Shown here piece by piece: positions 61,848 through 64,000 of a stretch of 64,000 nt of DNA. Both the position numbers and the translations under genes were made by a program. The stretch's first letter is position 1. The number at the start of each line of letters is the position of its first letter. Origin of the DNA: the human T2T-CHM13v2.0 reference genome, Homo sapiens; the NCBI RefSeq assembly GCF_009914755.1, contig NC_060947.1, one strand, 5' to 3'. A model generated the notes under the pieces. The model ran no database searches. It saw only the letters and a program-made list of their open reading frames with translations, and was not told the DNA's origin.

Positions 61848-64000
61848 TGACCTCAAGTGATCCACCCGCCTCAGCCTCCCAAAGTGCTGGGATTACAGGC
61901 GTGAGCCACCACGCCCGATGTAGTTTGCAGACTTCTTTAACAGAATGGCTCTTTGTTTTAAAAGCCATTTTATATAGAAACTCACCATTGACTCTTCTCT
62001 GTTACACCCTTAATCCAGTCTCAGCAAATCCTGTCAGCTGTCTCAAAAATGTTTCTCGAATTCAGTGCTCATTTCCCCCACCGTCGTTCATCTCTCACTT
62101 GGATTACTGCAAAATCCTTCAAACTCTTCCCCCTTCTTCTGGCCCTGCCCCTCTACAGTTTCTTCTCAACACAGCAGTCAATGACCCTGTTAAAACCTAA
62201 GCCTGATCATGTCACTGTATTTAGTGGCTCCTTTTTATTTTTCATTTTTTTGAGACTAAGTCTTGCTCTGTCACCCAGGCTGGAGCGCAGTGGCATGATC
62301 TCAGGTCACTGCAACCTCCACCTCCTGAGTTCAAGTGATTCCTGTGCCTCAGCCTCTCAAATGGCTGGGACTACAGGCACATGCCACCACACCCGGCTAA
62401 TTTTTGTGTTTTTAATAGAGATGGGGGTGTATGTTGGCCATGTTGGTCTTGAACTCCTGAGCTCAAGGGATCTGCCCCCTTCTGCCTCCCAAAGTGCTGG
62501 GATTGCAGGCATGAGCCACTGTGCCTGGCCTATTTAGTGGTTCTTAATGGCTCATTTCACTCCAGTAAATATCTAAGTGCCCCAGCCTGGGCGACATAGG
62601 GAGACCCTGTCGCTACGAAACGTTAAAAAATTAGCCGGATGTCGGGGCACACACCTGTGGTCTCAGCTATTCAGGAGGCTGAGGTGGGAGGATTGCTTGA
62701 GCCCGGAAGGTCAAGGCTGCAGTAAGATGAGATCACACCACTGTACTCCAGCCTGAGTAACAGAGCAAGACTCTATCTCCAAAAAAAATATAAAAAGAAG
62801 AAAAAAATTAAAGATTCAAGTTCTCACAACAGGCATACGCTTCCACATCAGCCCCTTCCACCTCACCTCTGTGACCTTATCTCCCACTGCTCTCACCATC
62901 AGTTCACTGGGCTTTGGCCATACTGGGCAGTTCTCAGCTCAGGGCCTTTGCACTTGCTCTTCTCGCTACCTGGAAGCTCTTCCCCTAGATGTCCCCACGC
63001 CTTCATGGCTTCCTTCATCAGTCTCCTTAGGTCTTTTTTCCAATGTCACCTCAGTGAGGCTTTCCCTAACCACTCTCTATCTAAAATTGCAGCTCGGCCG
63101 GGCGCGATGGCTCACGCCTGTAATCCCAGCACTTTGGGAGGCTGAGGCGGGCAGATCATGAGGTCAGGAGTTCGAGACCAGCCTGGCCAACATGGTGAAA
63201 CCCCATCTCTACTGAAAATACAAAAAATTAGCTGGGCATGATAGTGTGTGCCTGTAATCCCAGCTACTCAGGAGGCTTAGACAGGAGAATTGCTTGAACC
63301 GGGACTCGGGAGGTGGAGGTTACAGTGAGCTGAGATCATGCCACTCCACTCCAGCCTGGGAGACAGAGGGACACTCTGTCTCAAAAATAAAATAAAGTAA
63401 AATAAAATAAAATAAAGTAAAATTGCAAACCCCAGGTCGGGCGCAGTGGCTCACACCTATAATCCCAGCATTTTGGGAGGTCAAGGCCCAGCATTCTGGG
63501 CTTGAGCCCAGAAGTTTGAGACCATCCTGGGCAACATGGTGAGACCTCCGCCTCTACAAGAAAAATGCAAAGATTAGCTGGGTGTGGTGGCACATGCCTG
63601 TAGTCCCAGCTACTCAGGAAGCTGAGGTGGGAGGCTCACCTGAGCCTGGGGAGTTCGAGGCTACAGTCAGCAGTGATTGAGCCACTGCACTCCAGCCTGG
63701 GTGACAGAGTGAGACTCTCTCTAAAAAAAATTTGCAACCCCTGGCCCCCACTCAGCACTCCCTACCCCTACTACTGCTTTATTTTTCTCCATATTACTTA
63801 CCTGAGATAACATATATTTTATTTATTGTTTGACTCCCTGCCTAGAATGTAAGCTCCATGAGGTCATGGATTGTGTATTTTGTTCACTGCTGTATTCCCT
63901 GAGCCTGGAACAGTGCCTGACACATAGTAGATGCGCAGTAAATATTTGGTGAATGAATGAACAAACGCTAATACATCAAAGAGACAACATCAAAGAACAG

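Overview
This is primate, most likely human, genomic DNA. It matches the Xq24 interval that I recall lying between SEPTIN6 and UPF3B. It is extremely Alu-rich, so nearly all six-frame ORFs are Alu or LTR translation artefacts. There are two real protein-coding genes: intronless SOWAHD/ANKRD58 (+, 23786-24733, 315 aa, ankyrin repeats, in a CpG island) and three-exon RPL39 (-, 51 aa, TOP promoter). RPL39 intron 2 hosts the H/ACA snoRNA SNORA69/U69. Other elements include two ERV9/LTR12 solo LTRs, MaLR elements (MLT1, MST), a long Alu-fragmented hAT-Charlie transposase fossil, MER/L1/MIR remnants and microsatellites. I found no convincing new gene system. The most unusual signals are small local templated rearrangements. 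These are an inverted copy of the intron sequence that starts at the SNORA69 3' end and brackets RPL39's last exon, an isolated Alu-derived hairpin with an identifiable donor, a fold-back junction between head-to-head Alus, and a 170-bp dispersed duplication. Repeat subfamily names come from visual recognition and were not verified by a search.
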